Of a stretch of 64,000 bases of DNA, positions 41,149-48,584 are shown piece after piece. The notes under the pieces are model-generated. The model was not told the origin of the DNA, searched no databases, and saw only the letters and a program-made list of their open reading frames with translations. The position numbers and the translations under genes were made by a program. Every line of letters begins with the position of its first letter. The stretch's first letter is position 1. The DNA comes from a virus (Duplodnaviria > Caudoviricetes): positions 1-64,000 of IMG/VR virus record IMGVR_UViG_3300025018_000138; one strand, 5' to 3'.

Positions 41149-41270
41149 AAGGAGAAATATAAAAAGTGTGTTCCTCTTACGAGGTCGAGTGGAATTGAAC
41201 CACTGAAGTTTATTTTCAAGATAAATGCCCAACCATTGAGCTACGATGTAACACTTTTAAACGCTACCTT
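41149..41270 (-). ncRNA. Y-RNA-like ncRNA 5 enclosing unpermuted D, anticodon(TGA) and T arms
   Basis: Family stem AAAAGTGT/ACACTTTT; GCTC-AATGGTT-GGGC; TTTAT-CTTGAAA-ATAAA; AGTGG-TTCAATT-CCACT; only 3 bp of acceptor, then CCTC-GTAA-GAGG. Confidence 0.7.
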
Positions 41271-41275
41271 TTTTG

Positions 41276-41348
41276 AGCTTTCATTGGGAATCGAACCCAC
41301 TTCCTCGCTTTACAAGAGCGAACATCATCCAATAAATGTTTTGAAAGC
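41276..41348 (-). tRNA. tRNA-Thr(TGT)
   Basis: GCTTTCA/TGAAAGC, TCGCT-CTTGTAA-AGCGA. Confidence 0.9.
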
Positions 41349-41752
41349 TATTTTCTAGTTGTTCTAGAAGATTTTCTATTATTTATATTTTTGTACGTTT
41401 TGGTTAAAGAGTGACAATTCGGACATAATAATCTTAGATTTTCTCGCAAATTATTTTTAGCATCTCCATCTATATGGTCAATCTCTAATGGTATATTACC
41501 CGTAAATTCATTTATTTGTGACCAACCACATAATGAACATTTATTATCATTTTCTTCTAATAAAAATTTTCTTATCCAATTAGGAATGGTCAATCCATTA
41601 CCACGTAGATAATTTTTACCATTTAACCACATATTAATACGTTGATTCATTTGAAATTCTTGTTGACATTTATTATTACAAAAAATGTTATTATTAACAA
41701 TTTCATTATTACAAAATTTACAAGTTTTTTCCTTTTTTTCTCTTTTTCTCAT
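41348..41752 (-). CDS. Free-standing HNH endonuclease
   Basis: CSLCGW, LEIDHIDGD, NLRLLCPNCHS. Confidence 0.9.
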   Translation of the reverse strand: MRKREKKEKTCKFCNNEIVNNNIFCNNKCQQEFQMNQRINMWLNGKNYLRGNGLTIPNWIRKFLLEENDNKCSLCGWSQINEFTGNIPLEIDHIDGDAKNNLRENLRLLCPNCHSLTKTYKNINNRKSSRTTRK

Positions 41753-41813
41753 CGGTCAACCATTTTTATATATAATTATATGGTTTTCCAAAAAAATAAA
41801 AATTATATTATTG

Positions 41814-41888
41814 GGTGTCAGGTGGGACTTGAACCCACAAGGTACTAGAGTCACAATCTAGCGCATCTACCAATTCTGCTACAGACAC
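41814..41888 (-). tRNA. tRNA-His(GTG)
   Basis: CTAGA-TTGTGAC-TCTAG, C73; genomic -1 base is T, not G. Confidence 0.88.
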
Positions 41889-42008
41889 ATGTAAGTATTT
41901 AATAAATATATTAAGGATTCTGATACATACATAATTCAACACGTTACTACAATCCTTTTCACAGAGTTAGCAATGTATACATTACAGTATTTATTAGTGA
42001 TACTTTAG

Positions 42009-42080
42009 TGAAGTCTATAGGAATCGAACCTATACTCATGGGGCTTCAACCCATCGCTCTACCAATTGAGCTAAGACTCC
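42009..42080 (-). tRNA. tRNA-Phe(GAA)
   Basis: GGAGTCT/AGACTTC, ATGGG-TTGAAGC-CCCAT. Confidence 0.92.
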
Positions 42081-42083
42081 AAG

Positions 42084-42178
42084 TGCTTATGGCAAGAATC
42101 TCACTAGGAGTCTTGCACGAACTATTAATCGTTCTCATACCTTGTTAGGTATTTAGTGTCTAATTCCACCACATAAGC
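42084..42178 (-). pseudogene. tRNA-Leu-derived RNA with remodelled D, anticodon and T loops
   Basis: Intact acceptor GCTTATG/CATAAGC and variable arm; D loop lacks GG; 6-nt anticodon loop; T loop replaced by CTCCTAGTGAGAT. Confidence 0.6.
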
Positions 42179-42181
42179 TTG

Positions 42182-42254
42182 TGGAGACTGAGATAATCGA
42201 AATCTCCCAAACGGTATGCAAAACCGTTTCGCCAACCTTGGTACATTAGCCCCC
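42182..42254 (-). tRNA. tRNA-Ala(TGC), T53-A61
   Basis: GGGGGCT/AGTCTCC with G3-U70; loop TTTGCAT; GAGAT-TTCGATT-ATCTC. Confidence 0.88.
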
Positions 42255-42353
42255 TTTTTCTCAAGAGTTTACCAACCATTTTGGTTTTACTCTCGATTGC
42301 AAATAGTAAAAAAATACGTCAATGAACTGTTAGAAAGGTAAGAAGTTTTTTTA

Positions 42354-42509
42354 TTAAAAGTCAACAGATAATCTGCATTTATTTTTATTTGCTTCTTTTT
42401 TCTTGTCTACTACAACTTTAGGAGTAAATCTCCCATCGAAATAACCGACAGATTTTAGTTGTTCTCTAAAACCTTTTGTCTTCTTGTATGTAGTAGTATT
42501 TGTTTTCAT
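42354..42509 (-). CDS. Small basic protein (51 aa) at the head of tRNA array B
   Basis: MKTNTTTYKKTKGFREQLKSVGYFDGRFTPKVVVDKKKKQIKNKCRLSVDF; below the ORF-track cutoff. Confidence 0.6.
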   Translation of the reverse strand: MKTNTTTYKKTKGFREQLKSVGYFDGRFTPKVVVDKKKEANKNKCRLSVDF

Positions 42510-42555
42510 GATTATAAGATATGAAGTTATTTATTAAATATCAAGTGTTATAAAT

Positions 42556-42590
42556 AAAAAAGTCCAAATTTTTTTAGGGTTTGGACTTTT
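42556..42590 (-). terminator. Intrinsic terminator of leader B
   Basis: AAAAGTCCAAA-CCCTAAAAAAA-TTTGGACTTTT followed by further U residues. Confidence 0.8.
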
Positions 42591-42625
42591 ACAACTAATA
42601 ATCTGCGATACCTCAACCAAACCTA

Positions 42626-42709
42626 TTAGATATTCACCCCCTTCACAAAACCATAATGGTTGGTTGAATCGGTGTTATTATCCCAAATAAATGTTGTAGT
42701 TGTTTTCAT
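42626..42709 (-). CDS. Putative leader peptide B, MKTTTTFIWDNNTDSTNHYGFVKGVNI
   Basis: 27-codon ORF after the same aaaaaaatactataattacta context as leader A, followed by an antiterminator-compatible segment and a terminator. Confidence 0.7.
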   Translation of the reverse strand: MKTTTTFIWDNNTDSTNHYGFVKGVNI

Positions 42710-42718
42710 GATTAGTAA

Positions 42719-43585
42719 TTATAGTATTTTTTTATTAAAATCAAAAAAATCTTCAAAATTTTCAAAAATAATTTCTTTTTTAATATCATCATATACAATA
42801 AACTCAGTTGGATACATAAATAATGAAGTATCAGACATTATTAATGAAGGATTTAAATAATATGGTGAATGTAATGGGAGACCATGTATATTACTAGTAT
42901 GCCCGAATATTTGTATAATATTCTTATTTGTCGCAGTAGGAACAGTAATTTCTGATGGTCTCAGCCAAAAAATTCCTCCACACGATTTATATCCACCCGA
43001 TATATATCCAATGTCAAATAACGATTTAACTTCCGAATTTCTATTACCACTTGATAATACATATAGATACATATCATTTGTTAATGGTTTTAATGTTTCA
43101 TTAATATCATCGATAGTAATTTCTTCAAATGGTATATGTTTAGTATTAGGGAGTTGTTTAAATATATCCCCATCTAATCCTGCATGAGTACATAAAAGAT
43201 TATCGATTGAATGATAAAATTTTAAAATCTTTTTATCCATCATTTTTTCATAATATGGATAAAACGAAAATCCTGCACCTGCACTATACCCAGAACATTG
43301 AAATGGATTTTCCACATGTGGTTTAATCATATATTGTAAATCGTGATTACCGATTAGATATGTCATCTTTTCGGGTTCATATTCATACATCATAGTTTTT
43401 AATAACTCTTGTTGCTTTTTTCTACCAAACTCAGGGTTATGATTATTCCCCCAAGTCACTTGTCTATTATCTACATAATCGCCTAAAAATACTACTTTAT
43501 AGTCATCAGTTGATTTTATAAATTTATTAACTTTGTTAAATAAATTTATATTACCGTGTAAATCACCAAATATTATATGTTTCAT
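42719..43585 (-). CDS. Calcineurin-like metallophosphoesterase
   Basis: GDLHG, FLGDYVD, LIGNHD, THAG, IFGHT. Confidence 0.9.
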   Translation of the reverse strand: MKHIIFGDLHGNINLFNKVNKFIKSTDDYKVVFLGDYVDNRQVTWGNNHNPEFGRKKQQELLKTMMYEYEPEKMTYLIGNHDLQYMIKPHVENPFQCSGYSAGAGFSFYPYYEKMMDKKILKFYHSIDNLLCTHAGLDGDIFKQLPNTKHIPFEEITIDDINETLKPLTNDMYLYVLSSGNRNSEVKSLFDIGYISGGYKSCGGIFWLRPSEITVPTATNKNIIQIFGHTSNIHGLPLHSPYYLNPSLIMSDTSLFMYPTEFIVYDDIKKEIIFENFEDFFDFNKKIL

Positions 43586-44124
43586 TATTTTTTACTTATA
43601 TCAGTTTGATAGTATACTTTTCCGTGATGAAAAGTTTCTATATAGTCAATAGCTTTAAATATCAATAGTTTCCTTTCATCTTCGGTTGTTCGGGAAAACA
43701 ATAATACCATATTATCATATATGACAAATTTTTTCATGTAGTTATTAAGTTTACCCAATTTTCTGAGTAAATCTTCTTGTTTACTTACACGCATTCTATC
43801 CAATATTGCATACCGCATGTGTTCTTCAATCATCATCAATACATCACGTTTGATGTTAATTGGTATGAATTTTTTAGCATATTTTAATGATGCTTTTTCA
43901 TGTCCAAATGCAGTAGGAGTTCCATCTTCCTTATATTTCAAAGTATCAATTTTACCAAAATCGTGAAATAATGCCGTGTACAATAGTTCATCGGGTTCAT
44001 TATTTTCTAATGCTTGACCCAATACTAATAGAGTATGGGTTAATACATCACCTTCGGGATGATAATCCTTACGTTGGGGAGTATTCTGTAATTGTTTGAG
44101 TAAGTTTGTTAAGTCCATAATCAA
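43585..44124 (-). CDS. HD-domain protein (related to the HD domain of multifunctional CCA enzymes)
   Basis: HPEGDVLTHT, LFHDFGK, GHE, EHM. Confidence 0.8.
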   Translation of the reverse strand: MIMDLTNLLKQLQNTPQRKDYHPEGDVLTHTLLVLGQALENNEPDELLYTALFHDFGKIDTLKYKEDGTPTAFGHEKASLKYAKKFIPINIKRDVLMMIEEHMRYAILDRMRVSKQEDLLRKLGKLNNYMKKFVIYDNMVLLFSRTTEDERKLLIFKAIDYIETFHHGKVYYQTDISKK

Positions 44125-44158
44125 ATATATGAAGTATTACAGTATAATCAAAATAAAC

Positions 44159-44863
44159 TTAAATTTTATTTTTATACTTTTTGGAAAACTCAGCATAAGT
44201 CATTTCTTCTTCAGTATGAACTACCTTTTTAACACCTGATAATTTTTTAATATTGATGCTTTGTCCTTCATCACTTGGTAATAGATATCCATCGACATTA
44301 AGACTAAAGCTATGTCTTATTAAACGCTCTTGACCCATATTAGCGACAGATGATGCATTAGTAATATTCGGATAGGTCACACGAAGATAGTACCCATCGA
44401 TAGACCAATATTTTGATTCATTAAGTATGAATTGCTCTATGTTCTTATCATTATGTTTAACATAATTTGATACTATATCTACGGTATAATTAGCAGTGAT
44501 TTTAACAGGTAATCGTGGTAATACATATTGAACGTTTTCATTATCTTCGAATGAAGGAGTATTATATTTCAATAGTTCATAACGCAATAAATCATTGGGG
44601 AGCCAATGTGGAAAACGATTCTTTTCAATTTCCAATGAGTCTCTGTTTAATAATATTAGAGGAAGAATATATAATTCACCCGATTGGTCTTTCTCCTCAT
44701 CATTTTTCAATAATTTAGCCCAACGTTCTTGGTTCTTAAAATCTACTCTAGTTTTAGTACCATCTGTAAATGTTGTAGCAATATGATTTTCTATATAGGT
44801 TTTAATTGCTAAATCTATATCAATTAGTTCAATGTCTACATTTGTATTAATAAAATCGCTCAT
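44159..44863 (-). CDS. Putative virion structural (tail/neck-completion-like) protein
   Basis: Overall pattern recalls phage tail-terminator-like proteins; weak. Confidence 0.35.
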   Translation of the reverse strand: MSDFINTNVDIELIDIDLAIKTYIENHIATTFTDGTKTRVDFKNQERWAKLLKNDEEKDQSGELYILPLILLNRDSLEIEKNRFPHWLPNDLLRYELLKYNTPSFEDNENVQYVLPRLPVKITANYTVDIVSNYVKHNDKNIEQFILNESKYWSIDGYYLRVTYPNITNASSVANMGQERLIRHSFSLNVDGYLLPSDEGQSINIKKLSGVKKVVHTEEEMTYAEFSKKYKNKI

Positions 44864-44882
44864 ACTATTAAGTATAGATTAT

Positions 44883-45572
44883 TTATAATTTAAGTATTGC
44901 TATTGTAGTTATCATACCCGTTGATAATCCAACCCAAAACCAATAAAAAGACTTTTTTTGTTTCAAGGTTGTTTTATTCGTTATATTTAATTCTACAAAA
45001 TCTGTTGATGAAATATATGAGATTACAGTAGATTGGTCATCGGATACTGTTGAAGTAATTTGTATATTTATATCTCGCAATTGTACCAAATCTATTTCAT
45101 TAGTCATAGTATTATCTTTTATATCAACTTTAGAATTTACCATTATCAAACTATCACCAAATGTATTCGATGTAGTTATTGTGGTATCTGTAATTTTATT
45201 ATTAATTATTTCTAAATCTCTTTTTACCAATGGTAATGAATCTGCTATTGTAAATCCATCTAAAAATTTTAATGAATCAATTGTTTTTTTTAAATTATCA
45301 TTGTTTAATCGCAATCTACCTGTTAAGTTAGATAAAGAAAATATTTTCATATCACTATCTTTAATCTTTTGGACAAATTCTTTCGATAAGTCTTTATATA
45401 AATTTTGTTGAGTTTCATATTGTGCAACAGATACCCATTTGGTTGAATCAATTTGTTCAGTTTTTACTTCATATGTCATACGAGGGAAATATTTTGTAGT
45501 GATGTGCCAACTGAATACCGTTATAAAAATAGACCAAGCAAAAAAAATAGTTAAAAGTATACGTTTGTTCAT
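44883..45572 (-). CDS. Membrane protein with N- and C-terminal TM segments
   Basis: Hydrophobic termini, coiled-coil-like middle. Confidence 0.5.
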   Translation of the reverse strand: MNKRILLTIFFAWSIFITVFSWHITTKYFPRMTYEVKTEQIDSTKWVSVAQYETQQNLYKDLSKEFVQKIKDSDMKIFSLSNLTGRLRLNNDNLKKTIDSLKFLDGFTIADSLPLVKRDLEIINNKITDTTITTSNTFGDSLIMVNSKVDIKDNTMTNEIDLVQLRDINIQITSTVSDDQSTVISYISSTDFVELNITNKTTLKQKKSFYWFWVGLSTGMITTIAILKL

Positions 45573-45949
45573 AATATTATAATTTAAAATAAAAAAGCCA
45601 CTGCTTATTACAACAGTAGCTTTAATTATAAATTATATTTTTTATTGTTAAAAAAATCTTGATATAAGTAAATTAAATCGAAATATAAGTTTTCCTAAAT
45701 CTGTTTTGATATTAGAATCTTTTTCGATTAATTCTTTAATTACGAAATACCACCATGCGATAATTGATACCATAGCGATACCAACGAAATGTTCTTTATT
45801 TTTATTACCCCACGTTTTCACATTCACGTATAAAAAAAATAAAAAAGCACATATTAAGTATAGATTGAGTAACATAGGAGTTAAAATTAGTTGTTAATTG
45901 TTTAGTGGATATTAAATATACGAAAATTTTATTTTTTATCAAAAAAAAA

Positions 45950-47251
45950 TTATAATCGTATAAAAACTTTATTTGACGCTCTTGTTATAGCAACATATAA
46001 TAACTGATTTCTTTCTTTAATGACGCTATTTCTTGCGATATTAGGCATATCAATAAACACATTAGCAAATGTACTACCTTGTGACTTATGTACGGTTAGG
46101 GAGTGAGAATACGAAATATCATTAAAGAATTTTTTTACTTTATAATGAGTTTTCCAATCTTTTTTATCAGCAGTTTTTCTAAGAAAATCTTTTAAATCAT
46201 CTTCATATGCTTCATGAATAACTCGAATAAATTTTTCAGTTATTGTTCCCACTAATCGTATACCTAATTCATAGTAATCTAATTTACAAGGGTTACTAAG
46301 AGTTTTAATTTTAATTGAAGTAACTATTGCTTCTTCGGAATTTGGTAATACTATATTCATACCAATTTCATCAAGACACGCTTCATTCGCAATAATTTTA
46401 TCACCAATGACAAATTTATCATCTGATTTTACGAACAATCCACGTACTTTAGTGTTCCATGTGGAAACATTGACATTGGTATATGCTAATATCCTACAAA
46501 AATCTTCATCACGACTATAATCATCAGATAAAAAATATTCATTTAAAGTAGATGTAAATTGTCTCCTATCTAATAGGATTACAGAATCGGATTCATGTTT
46601 TTCAACTAAGTCTTCAAAATCGATTCGCTTATCCAAGTTTTCTCTAATATCGGTAGCAAGTCTACCAATTTCATTCCCATAACGAACTACATTAGTCAAT
46701 GTTTTTGTAGTTTTTTCATTACCTTGTAATGCCAATGATTCAATTTCTTTAATAGGTGGTAATTGTGCAGGGTCTCCAACAAACAGAATCTTAATGGTAT
46801 AACCGCTAACCGCTTTTGTTATATAATCTTCATACAACACTTTATTAATCATAGATGCTTCATCTATAATAACAAAATTATAATCGTATAACGACTGGTC
46901 TACGGTTTTATCAGGTATATATGTTTCTTCACCCGTTTTATAATCTACAAAAGGCTTGATTGCCAAATGTCCATGTATAGTTTTAGTCTCTACATTTGCC
47001 AACCCCGATTCTTCCAATTTTTTACGAATCACCTTTACTGCTTTATTAGTTGGTGCAGAGATGGTCAAGTCAGCACGATTTACACCATAAACTAATGGTC
47101 TGTGATGTTGTACATATTCTGCTAAACTAATGAGAAGCGTAGTTTTTCCCGTTCCTGCAAATCCTTTTAGTACATAAAATTGGTCATTCGGTGAAGTCAC
47201 CCATTTGATAATATCATCAAATGCTTCACGTTGTTCGTCTGTTAATGTCAT
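45950..47251 (-). CDS. dda: SF1B DNA helicase (Dda/RecD-like)
   Basis: GFAGTGKT, APTNKA, IIDEASM, GDPAQLPP, TVHKSQGST, YVAITRA. Confidence 0.88.
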   Translation of the reverse strand: MTLTDEQREAFDDIIKWVTSPNDQFYVLKGFAGTGKTTLLISLAEYVQHHRPLVYGVNRADLTISAPTNKAVKVIRKKLEESGLANVETKTIHGHLAIKPFVDYKTGEETYIPDKTVDQSLYDYNFVIIDEASMINKVLYEDYITKAVSGYTIKILFVGDPAQLPPIKEIESLALQGNEKTTKTLTNVVRYGNEIGRLATDIRENLDKRIDFEDLVEKHESDSVILLDRRQFTSTLNEYFLSDDYSRDEDFCRILAYTNVNVSTWNTKVRGLFVKSDDKFVIGDKIIANEACLDEIGMNIVLPNSEEAIVTSIKIKTLSNPCKLDYYELGIRLVGTITEKFIRVIHEAYEDDLKDFLRKTADKKDWKTHYKVKKFFNDISYSHSLTVHKSQGSTFANVFIDMPNIARNSVIKERNQLLYVAITRASNKVFIRL

Positions 47252-47298
47252 ATCGAATATTAATAATTAAAATTTAATTAATGCTAAGATACAAAATC

Positions 47299-47802
47299 TC
47301 ATTTACAAAATAAAATCTTTTGTAATAATTTTGCTCTACATCTTTTGACATTTCTATTGATTTCCTTTTCTGTAAAACGAATTAAATTTAATTTATTCAT
47401 TTTTGCTAATTTGTTCTTAACAAAATCATTCGTTACATTCTTCTTTTGAACTTCATTCAAATCCTTTTTAGTATTACCATGCCAGTAGTCACCATCAACC
47501 TCAATTAATAATTTTACCGATGGGATATAAAAATCATAAAACTTGGTAGCAATCCTATATTGTGCTTCATAAGGATAGTTTAATGGTTTCAAAACATAAT
47601 CTTCAAATGTTGTTTCAAGACCTGAAGATTTAATAAATTTTTTTGAAACTATATACTTATTGATGGGTAATCTCTTTTTAACAATATCTGTGAACTTAGT
47701 AAAATTAATTCGATTTCTTACTTTCAATTTATTTTTTTTCGCTATCGATTTGGAATTTTGCGTTAAAGATTTCTTTATTCTCTTTATGTCAAATTTTTTC
47801 AT
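47299..47802 (-). CDS. DUF559/Vsr-like endonuclease
   Basis: FYDFYIP, LIEVDGDYWH, LIRF motifs. Confidence 0.75.
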   Translation of the reverse strand: MKKFDIKRIKKSLTQNSKSIAKKNKLKVRNRINFTKFTDIVKKRLPINKYIVSKKFIKSSGLETTFEDYVLKPLNYPYEAQYRIATKFYDFYIPSVKLLIEVDGDYWHGNTKKDLNEVQKKNVTNDFVKNKLAKMNKLNLIRFTEKEINRNVKRCRAKLLQKILFCK

Positions 47803-47843
47803 ATATTTGTTTAACTTGTTACTATAACTATATAATTATCACT

Positions 47844-48574
47844 ATGACTACAAAAAATGTAAAATATAAATACGCTTCTCGATTGATGGAACGATTATCA
47901 AAAGATTCTGATGGTGAACCTATAGACCGCACCACAGAAGTTGATACCGAAGATGTACAATTATCATCAAAAAACATCAGGGGTATAATATCTGATAATA
48001 AAAATATGATAAAAGATATAATTAATAAAGAATTGGCATTACCCGACAAGGAATTTTCTAATGATGAATTATTACAACGTATATTCTTCTTAGAATACGA
48101 AAATTCACAAATCACACAAGAGGTTGAACGCTTACACAGGTTGTTAATCTTAAATAATATTAAATTTAATTAATTATGAACATAAAAATATATATAGATT
48201 CAGTTAAAAAGGTTATCAAAGAAAATTTAGATACGTTATATAATGTACAAGATGGATATCCTACCCCAGAAGATAAGTTCGAAAAATGGATGTCATCAAA
48301 ACCCGATTTAGCATCCAATGGTATAATGTTTGATTTATCCGATAATCGCATCGTACATGGACTAATTTTTAGATATTCAGATGATATTATTTTCGGTTCA
48401 ATCAGTGATGGTGGTATCGATGCAGAAGTATTTGATTTACCTAAAGATTCAGGAAAATACTTCGCACGTTTCAAGAGTGAAATCAAAAAGAAATATGATG
48501 AATCACTTCTCAATGAAGATGATTGTAAAAAACAATTTGAAACATATCTTTCTAAAAATTTTATAAAGCTTTAA
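47844..48574 (+). other. Two hypothetical plus-strand ORFs (47844-48173, 48176-48574)
   Basis: Co-oriented and abutting, leading into the neck gene. Confidence 0.55.
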
Positions 48575-48584
48575 ATAAACAATA

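Noticed and set aside
41149-41270. Ordinary tRNA-Ser(TGA) or tRNA-Sec
   Set aside because: Only 3 acceptor pairs and no long variable arm; the anticodon is TGA, not TCA
38570-42254. Theta (minimal HDV-like) ribozymes at tRNA 3' ends
   Set aside because: tRNA trailers are short AT-rich linkers without the nested double-pseudoknot pattern
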